A stretch of DNA of 64,000 nucleotides from Klebsiella phage NU-KP11, in the sequence record OR644643.1; one strand, given 5' to 3'. The position numbers were made by a program, and so were the translations under genes. Shown here one piece after another: positions 1 through 8,714 of the stretch. A model generated the notes under the pieces. That model was not told where the DNA came from. It ran no database searches and was given only the letters and a program-made list of their open reading frames with translations. Numbering within the stretch: position 1 is the first letter of the stretch; each line of letters begins with the position of its first letter.

Positions 1-99
1 GAAAGTGCTATTCAAATGCGTTATGGTGCTGGTGAAAACTACACCGAGTGGAACCGCGCACTGAATGACATTTATGATTTTGAATTTCAACCATATTGA
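1..99 (+). CDS. 3-prime end of a plus-strand CDS that starts before the window (hypothetical)
   Basis: Open frame 1 from position 1 to TGA at 97-99 (ESAIQMRYGAGENYTEWNRALNDIYDFEFQPY*). Confidence 0.3.
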   Translation, partial: ESAIQMRYGAGENYTEWNRALNDIYDFEFQPY

Positions 100-135
100 T
101 GTATACTGATTAAAACTAACCAATTGAGATAAATT

Positions 136-384
136 ATGAAACTGTTTAATAAAATTCGTTCTGTAGATGAAATCGTAGCAACTTTCGACAAAACCCTGTC
201 TGAACTGGAAGCGCGTATTGCTCACGATAATGAGCAGGTTGCACAGGTTGCAGCAGATCGTCAAGCAGCAGAAGAAGAACATCAGCGTAAGCTGGCGGAA
301 CTGGCTTCAAAAGAAAGCGATCATACTGCAAGTGCAACCCGCGCCGGACGTATCGCAGACAAGATCCGCAAACTGCTGGATTGA
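136..384 (+). CDS. hypothetical small coiled-coil protein (82 aa)
   Basis: ORF track. Charged, helical composition. Followed by a hairpin terminator. Confidence 0.5.
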   Translation: MKLFNKIRSVDEIVATFDKTLSELEARIAHDNEQVAQVAADRQAAEEEHQRKLAELASKESDHTASATRAGRIADKIRKLLD

Positions 385-387
385 TAC

Positions 388-416
388 AGGGGCGAAAGCC
401 CCTAAATATTTTTCTT
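388..416 (+). terminator. rho-independent terminator
   Basis: Hairpin AGGGGC-GAAA-GCCCCT followed by AAATATTTTTC, directly after the 136-384 stop. Confidence 0.6.
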
Positions 417-450
417 TAAGGGGCTTATATGAATAATTTGGTAGCGAAAC

Positions 451-873
451 ATGCCTGGATTAACCGCGCTTCTACTCACCGCGATCGCAAGCGAGCATTT
501 AAAGAAGCAAAACGTAAACAGAAACACAAAGGTAAGTGTGATGAAAACCGCTTTGATCATTCTTGAAGAAATTCCTGAAAATACAACGCTTTACAAAGTC
601 GAAACTGACGATAGCGAAGTAATTGAGATCCTCAAAACCGCCCACGGGCATTATGTAAACGGTTCCGGCAACACCAAAGAACAGGATTATGCTGTTGATG
701 TTGTTAACCTCATGCTGGGGCCGAATACCGATGATAACCTGAAATGGGCGCGTGAATCCAACATTCCTGAAAAGTATGTTGGTATGTTCTATCAGTGTAA
801 CATCGATAGCAAATCACCGTTTGAACCAGAAAAGAAAATCGATCTGATTGTTCGCACTGGGTTCTTCTTATGA
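451..873 (+). CDS. hypothetical protein. More likely start is ATG 541 (MKTALIIL), preceded by AAGGTAAG.
   Basis: ORF track. Internal ATG with T4-style RBS. No recognisable family. Confidence 0.45.
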   Translation: MPGLTALLLTAIASEHLKKQNVNRNTKVSVMKTALIILEEIPENTTLYKVETDDSEVIEILKTAHGHYVNGSGNTKEQDYAVDVVNLMLGPNTDDNLKWARESNIPEKYVGMFYQCNIDSKSPFEPEKKIDLIVRTGFFL

Positions 874-1097
874 GTATACAAATTCTGTTCAGTAAAGAAG
901 ATCCATTAGGTACGGAATCATCGGTTCAGCGCTTATTCTGGCATACAGATTATATAAAAAATCGATGTCGTGGCCCAAACAACACATGGGGAAGCAACAA
1001 CGATATTGACAAAGCAAAAATTTATCCTCGCGGAAAGGCGTACTGGAAAATTTTTGATATTCATCTTCATAAAACAATGAAAGATTCGAATGAATGA
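870..1097 (+). CDS. hypothetical protein (75 aa)
   Basis: ORF track. ATGA start/stop overlap with the previous ORF, typical T4-like gene packing. Confidence 0.4.
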   Translation: MSIQILFSKEDPLGTESSVQRLFWHTDYIKNRCRGPNNTWGSNNDIDKAKIYPRGKAYWKIFDIHLHKTMKDSNE

Positions 1098-1100
1098 TTA

Positions 1101-1160
1101 AAAAGCCCTTGACTTCGGTCAGGGGCTTTTGCTATATTAGCCATATCGAAACGAGATACC
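1101..1160 (+). promoter_or_regulatory. terminator hairpin with an embedded sigma70-like promoter (TTGACT -35 inside the stem, 18-bp spacer, TATATT -10); copy A of a repeated cassette
   Basis: AAAAGCCCTTGACTTCGGTCAGGGGCTTTTGCTATATTAGCCATATCGAAA. Hairpin GCCCTTGAC/GTCAGGGGC plus T-run. A near-identical copy lies on the minus strand at 19001-19047. Confidence 0.55.
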
Positions 1161-1177
1161 CTTTAAGGAGAAATACC

Positions 1178-1975
1178 ATGACTAACGCAACCGTAGTTAC
1201 TACCACTTACTTCATTTCTTCTGGTCGTAAAAATGCAATGTATACCTTGCGTGTTGAGCGTAGAGGTGGCGGTTATACTTCTGATAACTATATCTGCAAC
1301 TTATCTACCGATCCGGAGAAAGCGGAAGCGAAAGCGCGTGAGTATTTCGACCGTGTTTCAGCCCGTTTAACTGAAACTGATACTTTCAAAATGGTATTCC
1401 AGGGCTTTGCAGATTTCGATCTGTTCGAACGTCGCGGTAAACTGTCAGTGTTCGATACTGAAAAACTGGAACTGCTGGAAAAAGGGATCATGCCGATTGG
1501 CAAGCGTAAAGGCGAAGTAATTGCAGAAATGCCAATGTTTACTGTTCTTTGGTGGGCTGACCAGTCTAAAGAAGACAACAAAAACAGCCCTGTATTTGAC
1601 GCCGTGTGCGCTTACTGCATGGGTGTTGCACTGGAGAAGGATTATATCGCCAAACGCGAAGAAATCCGCGAACAGTGGGAACAAGAGCGCCAGGAACGCA
1701 TTTCTAAAGCTAACCACATCGGTGAAATCAAACAACGTCTGGAAATGACCGGAACCGTTGAGAAAGTGATTTCACTGGGATATACTCAAGTTTCTTACTA
1801 CACTTCTGTAGAAAGATTCATGACCAAAATTAATGTTGATGGTAATGTTGTTGTTTACTTCGGTAATAACATTGCAAACGAAGGTGATGAAATCACTTTC
1901 AAAGCAACCGTTAAAGAGCACGGAGAATACAAAGACGTTAAACAAACCATCGTTCAACGTGTAAAGGTTTTATAA
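1178..1975 (+). CDS. hypothetical protein (266 aa from ATG 1178)
   Basis: Strong RBS AAGGAG 8 nt upstream of ATG 1178. The track ORF begins at 1094 but reads through the terminator/promoter element. Confidence 0.6.
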   Translation: MTNATVVTTTYFISSGRKNAMYTLRVERRGGGYTSDNYICNLSTDPEKAEAKAREYFDRVSARLTETDTFKMVFQGFADFDLFERRGKLSVFDTEKLELLEKGIMPIGKRKGEVIAEMPMFTVLWWADQSKEDNKNSPVFDAVCAYCMGVALEKDYIAKREEIREQWEQERQERISKANHIGEIKQRLEMTGTVEKVISLGYTQVSYYTSVERFMTKINVDGNVVVYFGNNIANEGDEITFKATVKEHGEYKDVKQTIVQRVKVL

Positions 1976-2265
1976 TGACATACGAAGATATGCTTAATGA
2001 AGTGTGCGCGGGTAAAACCGCGTACCGCACTACCAACCCTGATATGATTGTGTTTCGTGAAGGGGATACAATCATCAGACGTACACACCGCAAGTGTGAA
2101 GTAAACCAGGTATTCATTGCCACGGTAGAAGAACAAAAGGCTACTGATTGGGATATCGTCATTGACGAAGAAAACCACGATGAGCTAGATCATCCGATAT
2201 TCATTTTGAGTGAAACTATCGGAATTCGACCATTCATGCATAGAAATTTTTGGGGGTATCAATGA
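1975..2265 (+). CDS. small protein (96 aa), tandem paralog 1; possibly DUF2829/Tad2-like
   Basis: N-terminus MTYEDMLNEVCAGKTAYR resembles the M-x-F-x-E-A-L-x-A-x-K-x-G-K-K-V-x-R signature recalled for DUF2829. No search was run. Confidence 0.45.
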   Translation: MTYEDMLNEVCAGKTAYRTTNPDMIVFREGDTIIRRTHRKCEVNQVFIATVEEQKATDWDIVIDEENHDELDHPIFILSETIGIRPFMHRNFWGYQ

Positions 2266-2531
2266 CGTTCGATGAGGCTATGAGAGCCGCTAAGAGAGGT
2301 TGTAAGGTTGCGCCAATAGGTAGGCCATTCTTCGTGTATTATCACGACAGCGCTGGATACAGGAGGGTTACGTTGGGGGTTTCGGCAAGGAATGAAGATT
2401 ATGTTCCGGATCCGTGGGACAAATTGAAAGTTTGGGATATTTACGAGAAAAATAGCCCGGTGATGAACTTCTTTAAAGCAATCAAACGGGCTATTGGAAG
2501 ATCACACAATTTAACACCAGCATTACGTTAA
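2262..2531 (+). CDS. small protein (~89 aa from MTFDEAMRAAKRGCKVAP), tandem paralog 2; possibly DUF2829/Tad2-like
   Basis: N-terminal motif MTFDEAMRAAKRGCKV is shared with the upstream ORF. Stop codon abuts the holin t stop. Confidence 0.45.
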   Translation: MTFDEAMRAAKRGCKVAPIGRPFFVYYHDSAGYRRVTLGVSARNEDYVPDPWDKLKVWDIYEKNSPVMNFFKAIKRAIGRSHNLTPALR

Positions 2532-3179
2532 TCACCTCGCTCGACCTAAAATGCGCGCGGCCTGTCCACATATGATGTTTAGCTTCATATCTGGTATATC
2601 AGGCCGCTTTGCATACCATTCCATCAAAACCGATCCAGAATAGTAGTTATCAAGATTAAAATAAGGGCAACTAAAAGTATAAGCTACTGGCACAAAATCA
2701 CGTGTCGGTAGGTAGGAACTTGCTTTAGTGGATGAATAATACAAGCCATTTATATGATTCGTGTATTCTTCGGATGTTTTATCGATCGGATAACCGCCGA
2801 GGTTTTTAGGATCGATCTGGGATGGTAATTTTCCCTGATATTCTACAATGTCAACAAAATAGTTTATATTCTTTGGTCTGAATGCCAATACCGCTGAAAA
2901 ATCCGCGTTGGAAGTAAGATGAACTATGCTCAACTGTTCCAACGCGGATTGATTAAACTTTTCTGTTCTTTCCATTTCGATAGCCCTTGTATCGACTACA
3001 AGGGCACCTTTTATCATCGGGAATATATCAGTCCATTTGTACCAAGTTACTACCATAAGAAACATAACCATTATTAGAATTATTTTTATCAGCAATTGTT
3101 TCCATGTTTTCACACCCATCACAAACGAGATTACCCGATCAAATAAGGCTAGTTTATCTACGGGATTTCTCTCAGCCAT
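2532..3179 (-). CDS. t: holin t
   Basis: Colinear similarity to T4 gp t (ERTxxFxxxALEQLxIVHxxSxADFSAV, FRPKNxNYFVDIxxYxGKLPS, SCPYFNLDN, ICxQAARILGRA). Located after gene 38 as in T4. Confidence 0.9.
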   Translation of the reverse strand: MAERNPVDKLALFDRVISFVMGVKTWKQLLIKIILIMVMFLMVVTWYKWTDIFPMIKGALVVDTRAIEMERTEKFNQSALEQLSIVHLTSNADFSAVLAFRPKNINYFVDIVEYQGKLPSQIDPKNLGGYPIDKTSEEYTNHINGLYYSSTKASSYLPTRDFVPVAYTFSCPYFNLDNYYSGSVLMEWYAKRPDIPDMKLNIICGQAARILGRAR

Positions 3180-3221
3180 TTTATAAGACTCTTCTTAGGT
3201 TACTATACGTATATTTAGGAT

Positions 3222-3252
3222 ACAACAAAAAAGGCTACCTGTATGGTAGCCT
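3222..3252 (-). terminator. rho-independent terminator after gene 38
   Basis: Minus-strand hairpin AGGCTACC-ATAC-AGGTAGCCT followed by TTTTTTGTTG. Confidence 0.6.
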
Positions 3253-3258
3253 TTAAAA

Positions 3259-3786
3259 TTATATCTCAGTAATGATCCCAGAAATGGTTACACCTACGTT
3301 ACCATTAAGAAAACCATACCAATCTTTACTCATCGCGTCATAGTTTCTGAATCCATCACGCATATAACTTGATATCCTGAAATCAAAAGTCCATTGTTGA
3401 TTGTTATCTACACGGGTAAACAAAATGCGTACATTTCGATTTGGCCCGTCATAGATTGTTAAGTTAGAATAGTTTTCTGCTGAATCGCCGATAGCGCCAA
3501 TAGTACCAATCTGCTTACCATTATAATCACCAACGATAGTATAAGCAGAGTCAGAAATGTTGTACCATACACCAGTATCAGCACCCTTACGCCAAACACC
3601 ACGCCAACGAGTGTTGTTATACCAACGTTCCTGGGGAACAAAAGTAAAATGCCATTTGCTACGCCCAATTAATTGAGACATATAAAATGGTGTTCCAAGT
3701 CGAACTACGGCAGCAGCTTGAATCATGGATCGTTGTCCAGTTTCATTAACCGCCGAACTTCCAACTAGTGGGCCGGAAATAGCCAT
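3259..3786 (-). CDS. 38: gp38 tail-fibre adhesin of the T2/S16 type, short variant without glycine-rich motifs
   Basis: N-terminus MAISGPLVGSSAVNETGQRSMIQAA...RLGTPFYMSQLIGRS matches the conserved gp37-attachment domain of T2/T6-type gp38. C-terminal ~115 aa is W/Y-rich and has no poly-Gly. Located between 37 and t. Confidence 0.75.
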   Translation of the reverse strand: MAISGPLVGSSAVNETGQRSMIQAAAVVRLGTPFYMSQLIGRSKWHFTFVPQERWYNNTRWRGVWRKGADTGVWYNISDSAYTIVGDYNGKQIGTIGAIGDSAENYSNLTIYDGPNRNVRILFTRVDNNQQWTFDFRISSYMRDGFRNYDAMSKDWYGFLNGNVGVTISGIITEI

Positions 3787-3795
3787 TAGTTAACC

Positions 3796-3818
3796 TCCGA
3801 AAAGGGGCCGAAGCCCCT
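3796..3818 (-). terminator. hairpin AAGGGGCTTCGGCCCCTTTT between genes 37 and 38 (terminator or RNA stability element)
   Basis: Perfect 7-bp GC stem, CGAA/UUCG loop and a 4-T run. Same 18-mer at 52941-52958; variant at 34576. Confidence 0.4.
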
Positions 3819-6800
3819 TAATTAAGTTTTCTTTCAAGTTCATTAACTTTAGCAGTTAACTTGTTGACCTGATCTACCAGAACCGCAACAATCGCATTAT
3901 AGTTCAAGCGAATATGTTCAGGATCTGAATCATCAACAGCAGTAGGAAGGCTTTCCTGAACTTCCTGAGCAATAAGCCCCGTTGATTTAGTCCATGCGTC
4001 ATCTGCTGTAGGATCTCGAACTTCGTAATGATAAGCTGACATTTTGCTCAAAATTTCTTCGGAGCTTTCAACTTTAGTGATATTACGTTTATGTCGTTTA
4101 TCGGAAGTTATATAAACATCCTGTGCGTACAACGTACCGTTACACGACATATCACCATTATTACGGAATTCGAACCAACCGTTACTGTTAGCCCCAAACA
4201 CATGAAGCATATGGAAATGACGTTCGCCTACACGTTCAACAAATATATTCTCAGAACCGAGGTCGGTTCCTTGCATAAGATGTCTTACGCCACGAACTTC
4301 ACGAACCCAGCGGTTTCCTGCGTTGGCATCCTGATACGCGCGTGTACCTGCGCAATCAATAGAACCTTTGTTGTAGAAGTTAGCTTTGTTCCTGTCTTCG
4401 TTGTTTTCGCCAGTACCACCGTTGTTAACACCAACGTTCAGTTCGCCTTGCTGAATGATAAAGTAGTTACCAGTGTTCCATATAACGTTTTTACCGTTTA
4501 TATTACTAAACCCGATATTACCAGCAGCATCAGCAAACAAAATACCACGATTTGTATTACCGTCCGTATGCCTAAAGTTAATAGACGCCCAGGCGTTATT
4601 ATCACTCGTTGGCTGAATAATCGGAGAACCTTTAACACGAAGACCTGTTGTCAGTTCCGCATGGTTTGCTCGAAACATTCCATTTGTATGAAATTCAAAC
4701 CATCCAGTATTATCTCCTGCTGTTGATTGTAATCCAATGAATGCGCTATTTCCTACACGTTCTGTAAATCGCAGAGTTCCTAAATTAGAACCAGCACCAA
4801 ACATCGTAATGCCGTCGGTTTCGTTGACAGTAACAGAACCTTCTGTATACGTCCTGATCCCCCGTTTCTCGATTGGCCCTACATTATTAACCGTTAATGT
4901 GTTGTTTAATGTAGTAGCACCAGAAACAGTTAACGTACCAGTAGCAGACATATTTCCGTTTGCACTGATATTACCATTAACTATCATGTTACCACTAGAA
5001 TCAATCCTTGTTTCGTTTGTGCTGGATGTATCTCCTTGAGGACGTAGATAAATCGTTTGTCCAGCTTTAGCAGAAATAATCAACGCACCGCCGTTATTAG
5101 CCCTGATTTTAGCCCCTTGTGCATACTCGATCGCGGTATCACCACCACTTCCAGCGGTAGCAGTTACTTTGATCAAGTTGTTGGTTTGAGTTGGGCCACC
5201 AGGACGCAATTCAACAGCACGACCACCACCAGAACTACCAATAATCACGCGACCATCAGTACTTTCTAACAGAGCACTACCACTACCGATCACAACACCT
5301 TTATCAGTGTACTTCGTGGAAGAAGCACCACCTAACCCTAAGTTGCCACCTACGCGAGCGTTGTTAGCAACAATCAGATCATTTCCGCTGTTCAGGTTTC
5401 CTGTAGTCGTGGTAACAGATTTAAATGATACATCGTCATCGTTTCCGCTAATGACGTTCATTCTCCACGGTGTCCATGCTTTAGCAGTACCGCTAACAGT
5501 GAACCAACGTTCCCAACTGCGTTTATTGTCCGATGCGCGTAATACTTGACGGTTAGTGTAATCTGTATCGCTTACTTTACGGAGACATTCAACAATAACA
5601 ATAAAGTTACCACCGACGCCAGAAGGTTTATTGGTGATGTTATCACCGCCACCCATACTACGGCACGAATAAACTTTAACAGTACCCGGTTCGGTATAGT
5701 TCAATGTTAAAGCATCAAGATCCTGAGTTACCCCAGTCAAATCATACGCAGCAACAGGGCCAGTAAATCCACCAGTTGAATTAACCACACCAGCAACGTT
5801 AATATCACGCCCGAAGTTAACTACCCATCTGTTTATTGTATCCGAAGACAACAGCCATGCGTTTTGTGTCTGGTTTTCTGCTTCACCGTAACGAATATCA
5901 CCGTTTACATCAATACCCAAACGTTTCATGTTCATACCGGAAAGTTTGAACCCGATAGACAAGTTCGAGTTAGTCGGTCTATTCAGTAACAGCGGAGTGT
6001 GCTGCGAACCACTAATAGAAACGGTTTGTTCGGTTGTAGTTGAACTTGTGTTATTAAAGTTCGCATAGGATGTATTAACAGTTCGACCGTTAAATGCACC
6101 ATATGTGATGTTAATATTACCCGGTGATGTAAATGTACCGTCAGATTTAAAAGAGAATTCTCCACCTGTCGTTCCACCACTCGTTCTGGCACGAATGCGA
6201 ACTTCACCAGAAGAGGCAGTGTTAGGCAACGCCCACACAGCACCACTTTCAACCCCTTTATACTTAAACCAAATTACGGAGTTTCCGCTCTCAGCATTCA
6301 AATGAAAACCAGGTGATGTTTTCGAGATCGTTAGATCACCAGACATCGTATCACCAACACGTGCAACAGCCCCTACGTCATCAGGAGTCGGTTTAAATGC
6401 AGTACCGTACAGTTCCTGGAAGTTGATTCTTCCTGTATCTGAGTTTAAGTTAGCATCATTAGTTGCACCAACTTTAACGCGACCAGTATTCCAATCAACT
6501 GAGATCACCGCATGAACATCTGATACAGAACTATAAAAACTTGCGCCCATACCATAGTTAATTTCAGTACCAAGCGTATTTCGCATGAACTGAGAACCAT
6601 CAGTACGCAGTTGTTTCAGATAGTCGCGAGCGTTAGAAACGGTGTATGATGTACCCTTACCGCCTAAACCGTAAGCACCAACAAGCATTACTTGTCCGGA
6701 ACCTGTACCAACATCACGGGTTGCAGCAGTACCCAAACCTAAGTTTGTGCGAGCAGCAGCCGCTGTACTTGCGCCTGTACCACCTTTAGCAACAGACAGA

Positions 6801-8020
6801 ATACCATCAGTACCATCGTCAAGGTTAGGTTTGTTCATTTCGTCATAGATACGAATAACCGTACTCTCAACTAACCCTTCCGGAGCAGTTGCAGAGATTG
6901 TGTAACCAGTAGGCAGATAATATTCAGTAGCAGCACCGCCAGCGATAGACAGCAGAGCAACTTTAACACCACCAATGAATGCGCGTTGAGTAAACCACAG
7001 TTCTAAACCTTCGGAGGTACGAACCAGGCTATAACGCATCTGGTTAGTATAATCAATTGCAGTATCTCCTAAACGTCGAACTTGCAGGTAAGAACGAACG
7101 TTACCGCTTGTTAATGTCGATGGAATGCTTCGAGCGCTACAATCGATAAAGTCAATAGAACTGCGCGTATTGCCATAGTTACCGCCGTTAGTCACCATCA
7201 GTTGCAAGCGACTCTGACCTGAGCCAGGATCTTTTAACAGAGCAACTTTAATCCAACGAGTTTCGTTACCTGTAGTTACAGGGAAATTATCTTGCTCAAG
7301 TTGACGCGCGTTTTCAACCCGCCCGATCCCCAGTTCGGTTAAAGTCGGTTTACGACCGTCCCAGTATACAGGTTTTGCTTGAAACAGCAATTCACCGCCA
7401 TCAGTGATCGTTAACTGATTTGTTGCACCGCCAGCCGTGTTACGCATATAGATATCAGCACCACCAGCGCCGAAATATGCTTTGTTTTTTGAAATAAAAG
7501 CAGAACCACCACCGCCCATAGCTTCATCAATATAGATGTTACCTGGTACGCGAGTGTTACCACCGGAATCAATAAGTTTCAGAGTACGGCGAACAGTATC
7601 ACCAGAACCACGGGAAACGAAACGGATCTCTTCATCACCGTCATCAATTGTACCGATTTCTAAAAACCCTTTATTACTCTCACCACCAGAACCAATGTAC
7701 CAACCATCGTTAAGAGCGTTTCTACCAGTGATATGACGAACCACACCCCCGCTCAAATCCGCGTTGCTGAAAGTAATAGTTTTACCTTCCGCTACGGTAA
7801 CGGTATCATTAAGAGCACTAGGCCCATCAACTGTTAATTTTTTGGTATTTGTTTCTGGGATACCTTTACCCGCTAACTGAACGATCGAAGAACCATTTTT
7901 CGTGTAAATGGCATAATCAGCCATGTTGATCGCCAGTTCACCATCTGCAAGCTGACTTGTAGTAGGTGTTTTCCCCGCAACTGTGCTACGTAGGAATTGA
8001 ATTTTTGCTAAATCAGCCAT
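3818..8020 (-). CDS. 37: long tail fibre distal subunit gp37 (1400 aa) with a C-terminal intramolecular chaperone / peptidase S74-like domain
   Basis: Position and size. Long beta-rich Gly/Asn/Thr repeats. C-terminus DVYITSDKRHKRNITKVE... followed by a coiled-coil tail matches the S-D-x-R-x-K autocleavage motif of endosialidase/T5 pb1-type chaperone domains. Confidence 0.85.
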   Translation of the reverse strand: MADLAKIQFLRSTVAGKTPTTSQLADGELAINMADYAIYTKNGSSIVQLAGKGIPETNTKKLTVDGPSALNDTVTVAEGKTITFSNADLSGGVVRHITGRNALNDGWYIGSGGESNKGFLEIGTIDDGDEEIRFVSRGSGDTVRRTLKLIDSGGNTRVPGNIYIDEAMGGGGSAFISKNKAYFGAGGADIYMRNTAGGATNQLTITDGGELLFQAKPVYWDGRKPTLTELGIGRVENARQLEQDNFPVTTGNETRWIKVALLKDPGSGQSRLQLMVTNGGNYGNTRSSIDFIDCSARSIPSTLTSGNVRSYLQVRRLGDTAIDYTNQMRYSLVRTSEGLELWFTQRAFIGGVKVALLSIAGGAATEYYLPTGYTISATAPEGLVESTVIRIYDEMNKPNLDDGTDGILSVAKGGTGASTAAAARTNLGLGTAATRDVGTGSGQVMLVGAYGLGGKGTSYTVSNARDYLKQLRTDGSQFMRNTLGTEINYGMGASFYSSVSDVHAVISVDWNTGRVKVGATNDANLNSDTGRINFQELYGTAFKPTPDDVGAVARVGDTMSGDLTISKTSPGFHLNAESGNSVIWFKYKGVESGAVWALPNTASSGEVRIRARTSGGTTGGEFSFKSDGTFTSPGNINITYGAFNGRTVNTSYANFNNTSSTTTEQTVSISGSQHTPLLLNRPTNSNLSIGFKLSGMNMKRLGIDVNGDIRYGEAENQTQNAWLLSSDTINRWVVNFGRDINVAGVVNSTGGFTGPVAAYDLTGVTQDLDALTLNYTEPGTVKVYSCRSMGGGDNITNKPSGVGGNFIVIVECLRKVSDTDYTNRQVLRASDNKRSWERWFTVSGTAKAWTPWRMNVISGNDDDVSFKSVTTTTGNLNSGNDLIVANNARVGGNLGLGGASSTKYTDKGVVIGSGSALLESTDGRVIIGSSGGGRAVELRPGGPTQTNNLIKVTATAGSGGDTAIEYAQGAKIRANNGGALIISAKAGQTIYLRPQGDTSSTNETRIDSSGNMIVNGNISANGNMSATGTLTVSGATTLNNTLTVNNVGPIEKRGIRTYTEGSVTVNETDGITMFGAGSNLGTLRFTERVGNSAFIGLQSTAGDNTGWFEFHTNGMFRANHAELTTGLRVKGSPIIQPTSDNNAWASINFRHTDGNTNRGILFADAAGNIGFSNINGKNVIWNTGNYFIIQQGELNVGVNNGGTGENNEDRNKANFYNKGSIDCAGTRAYQDANAGNRWVREVRGVRHLMQGTDLGSENIFVERVGERHFHMLHVFGANSNGWFEFRNNGDMSCNGTLYAQDVYITSDKRHKRNITKVESSEEILSKMSAYHYEVRDPTADDAWTKSTGLIAQEVQESLPTAVDDSDPEHIRLNYNAIVAVLVDQVNKLTAKVNELERKLN

Positions 8021-8028
8021 GTTTCACC

Positions 8029-8697
8029 TTAATAAGATCCAAAATCTATGATAGTCCCTTTAGTAATTACCTGGTCGAGCCGTGGTACGTGTTCGGGACG
8101 GGAAGCCGCGCCTGTGCTCGCGAATTGCGGGGCAGTTAATAGCCCTGTCATTGTATCGCCAGCGCGTAATACCCTGCTATTAGCATTTGTTGTGACAGTA
8201 TTTATCTGTCCATCAACATAACTTTTTCGTGTTGCATGACTTGCGTCAGTAGGGTTAGCGGTTGTAATACTGATTTGTTTTTCAACCGTAATATTACCCT
8301 GAGTGTTTAAATCACCATTTCGAGCGTTGATGACTAATACGCGACCATTAGTACCGGAAGATGAACGAATACCAATACCATACCATGATACAAGATCCAT
8401 GTTAGCTTTTGATAATGTCGCGCCATCACCATCACCAGAATATAAACCGTTCTGGTCACTTCCGCCTGTGAAAGTAGCGTTAATTTGTAGCCCCTGTTTA
8501 AAGGCAACTACACCCAAATATTGACCACCGCTTGCTTTAGAAACGAAGTCGTTATTTGATGCTTGTGGTTTATCGTTTTCAGTATAAACCTTATATCCGC
8601 GATAGGTTAGAGTATTACCAACCGGAACCAGCGGAAATGTGCCGGAGTGCCAAATAGGTAAACCCCCGACTGTAGAACCAGCTTTTAAATCTGCCAT
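8029..8697 (-). CDS. 36: long tail fibre distal connector gp36
   Basis: MADLKAGSTVGGLPIWHSGTFPL...NNDFVSKASGGQY is colinear with T4 gp36 (221 aa). Confidence 0.9.
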   Translation of the reverse strand: MADLKAGSTVGGLPIWHSGTFPLVPVGNTLTYRGYKVYTENDKPQASNNDFVSKASGGQYLGVVAFKQGLQINATFTGGSDQNGLYSGDGDGATLSKANMDLVSWYGIGIRSSSGTNGRVLVINARNGDLNTQGNITVEKQISITTANPTDASHATRKSYVDGQINTVTTNANSRVLRAGDTMTGLLTAPQFASTGAASRPEHVPRLDQVITKGTIIDFGSY

Positions 8698-8714
8698 AAT
8701 AACCCCTTTTTACA

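Noticed and set aside
2529-2534. Back-to-back stop codons of the plus-strand small gene and holin t with zero intergenic nucleotides
   Set aside because: Noted as unusual (convergent genes with no terminator between them). Most likely reflects compact packing; the opposing transcripts probably terminate at the hairpins at 3222-3252 and beyond. Not a feature on its own.
4091-7736. Several plus-strand ORFs (4091-4726, 4737-5039, 5057-5269, 5307-5549, 6105-6305, 7536-7736) inside gene 37
   Set aside because: They are antisense to a confidently identified 1400-aa structural gene. Translations are Thr/Val/Ser-rich mirror images of the Gly/Asn/Thr-rich fibre repeats, typical antisense artefacts.
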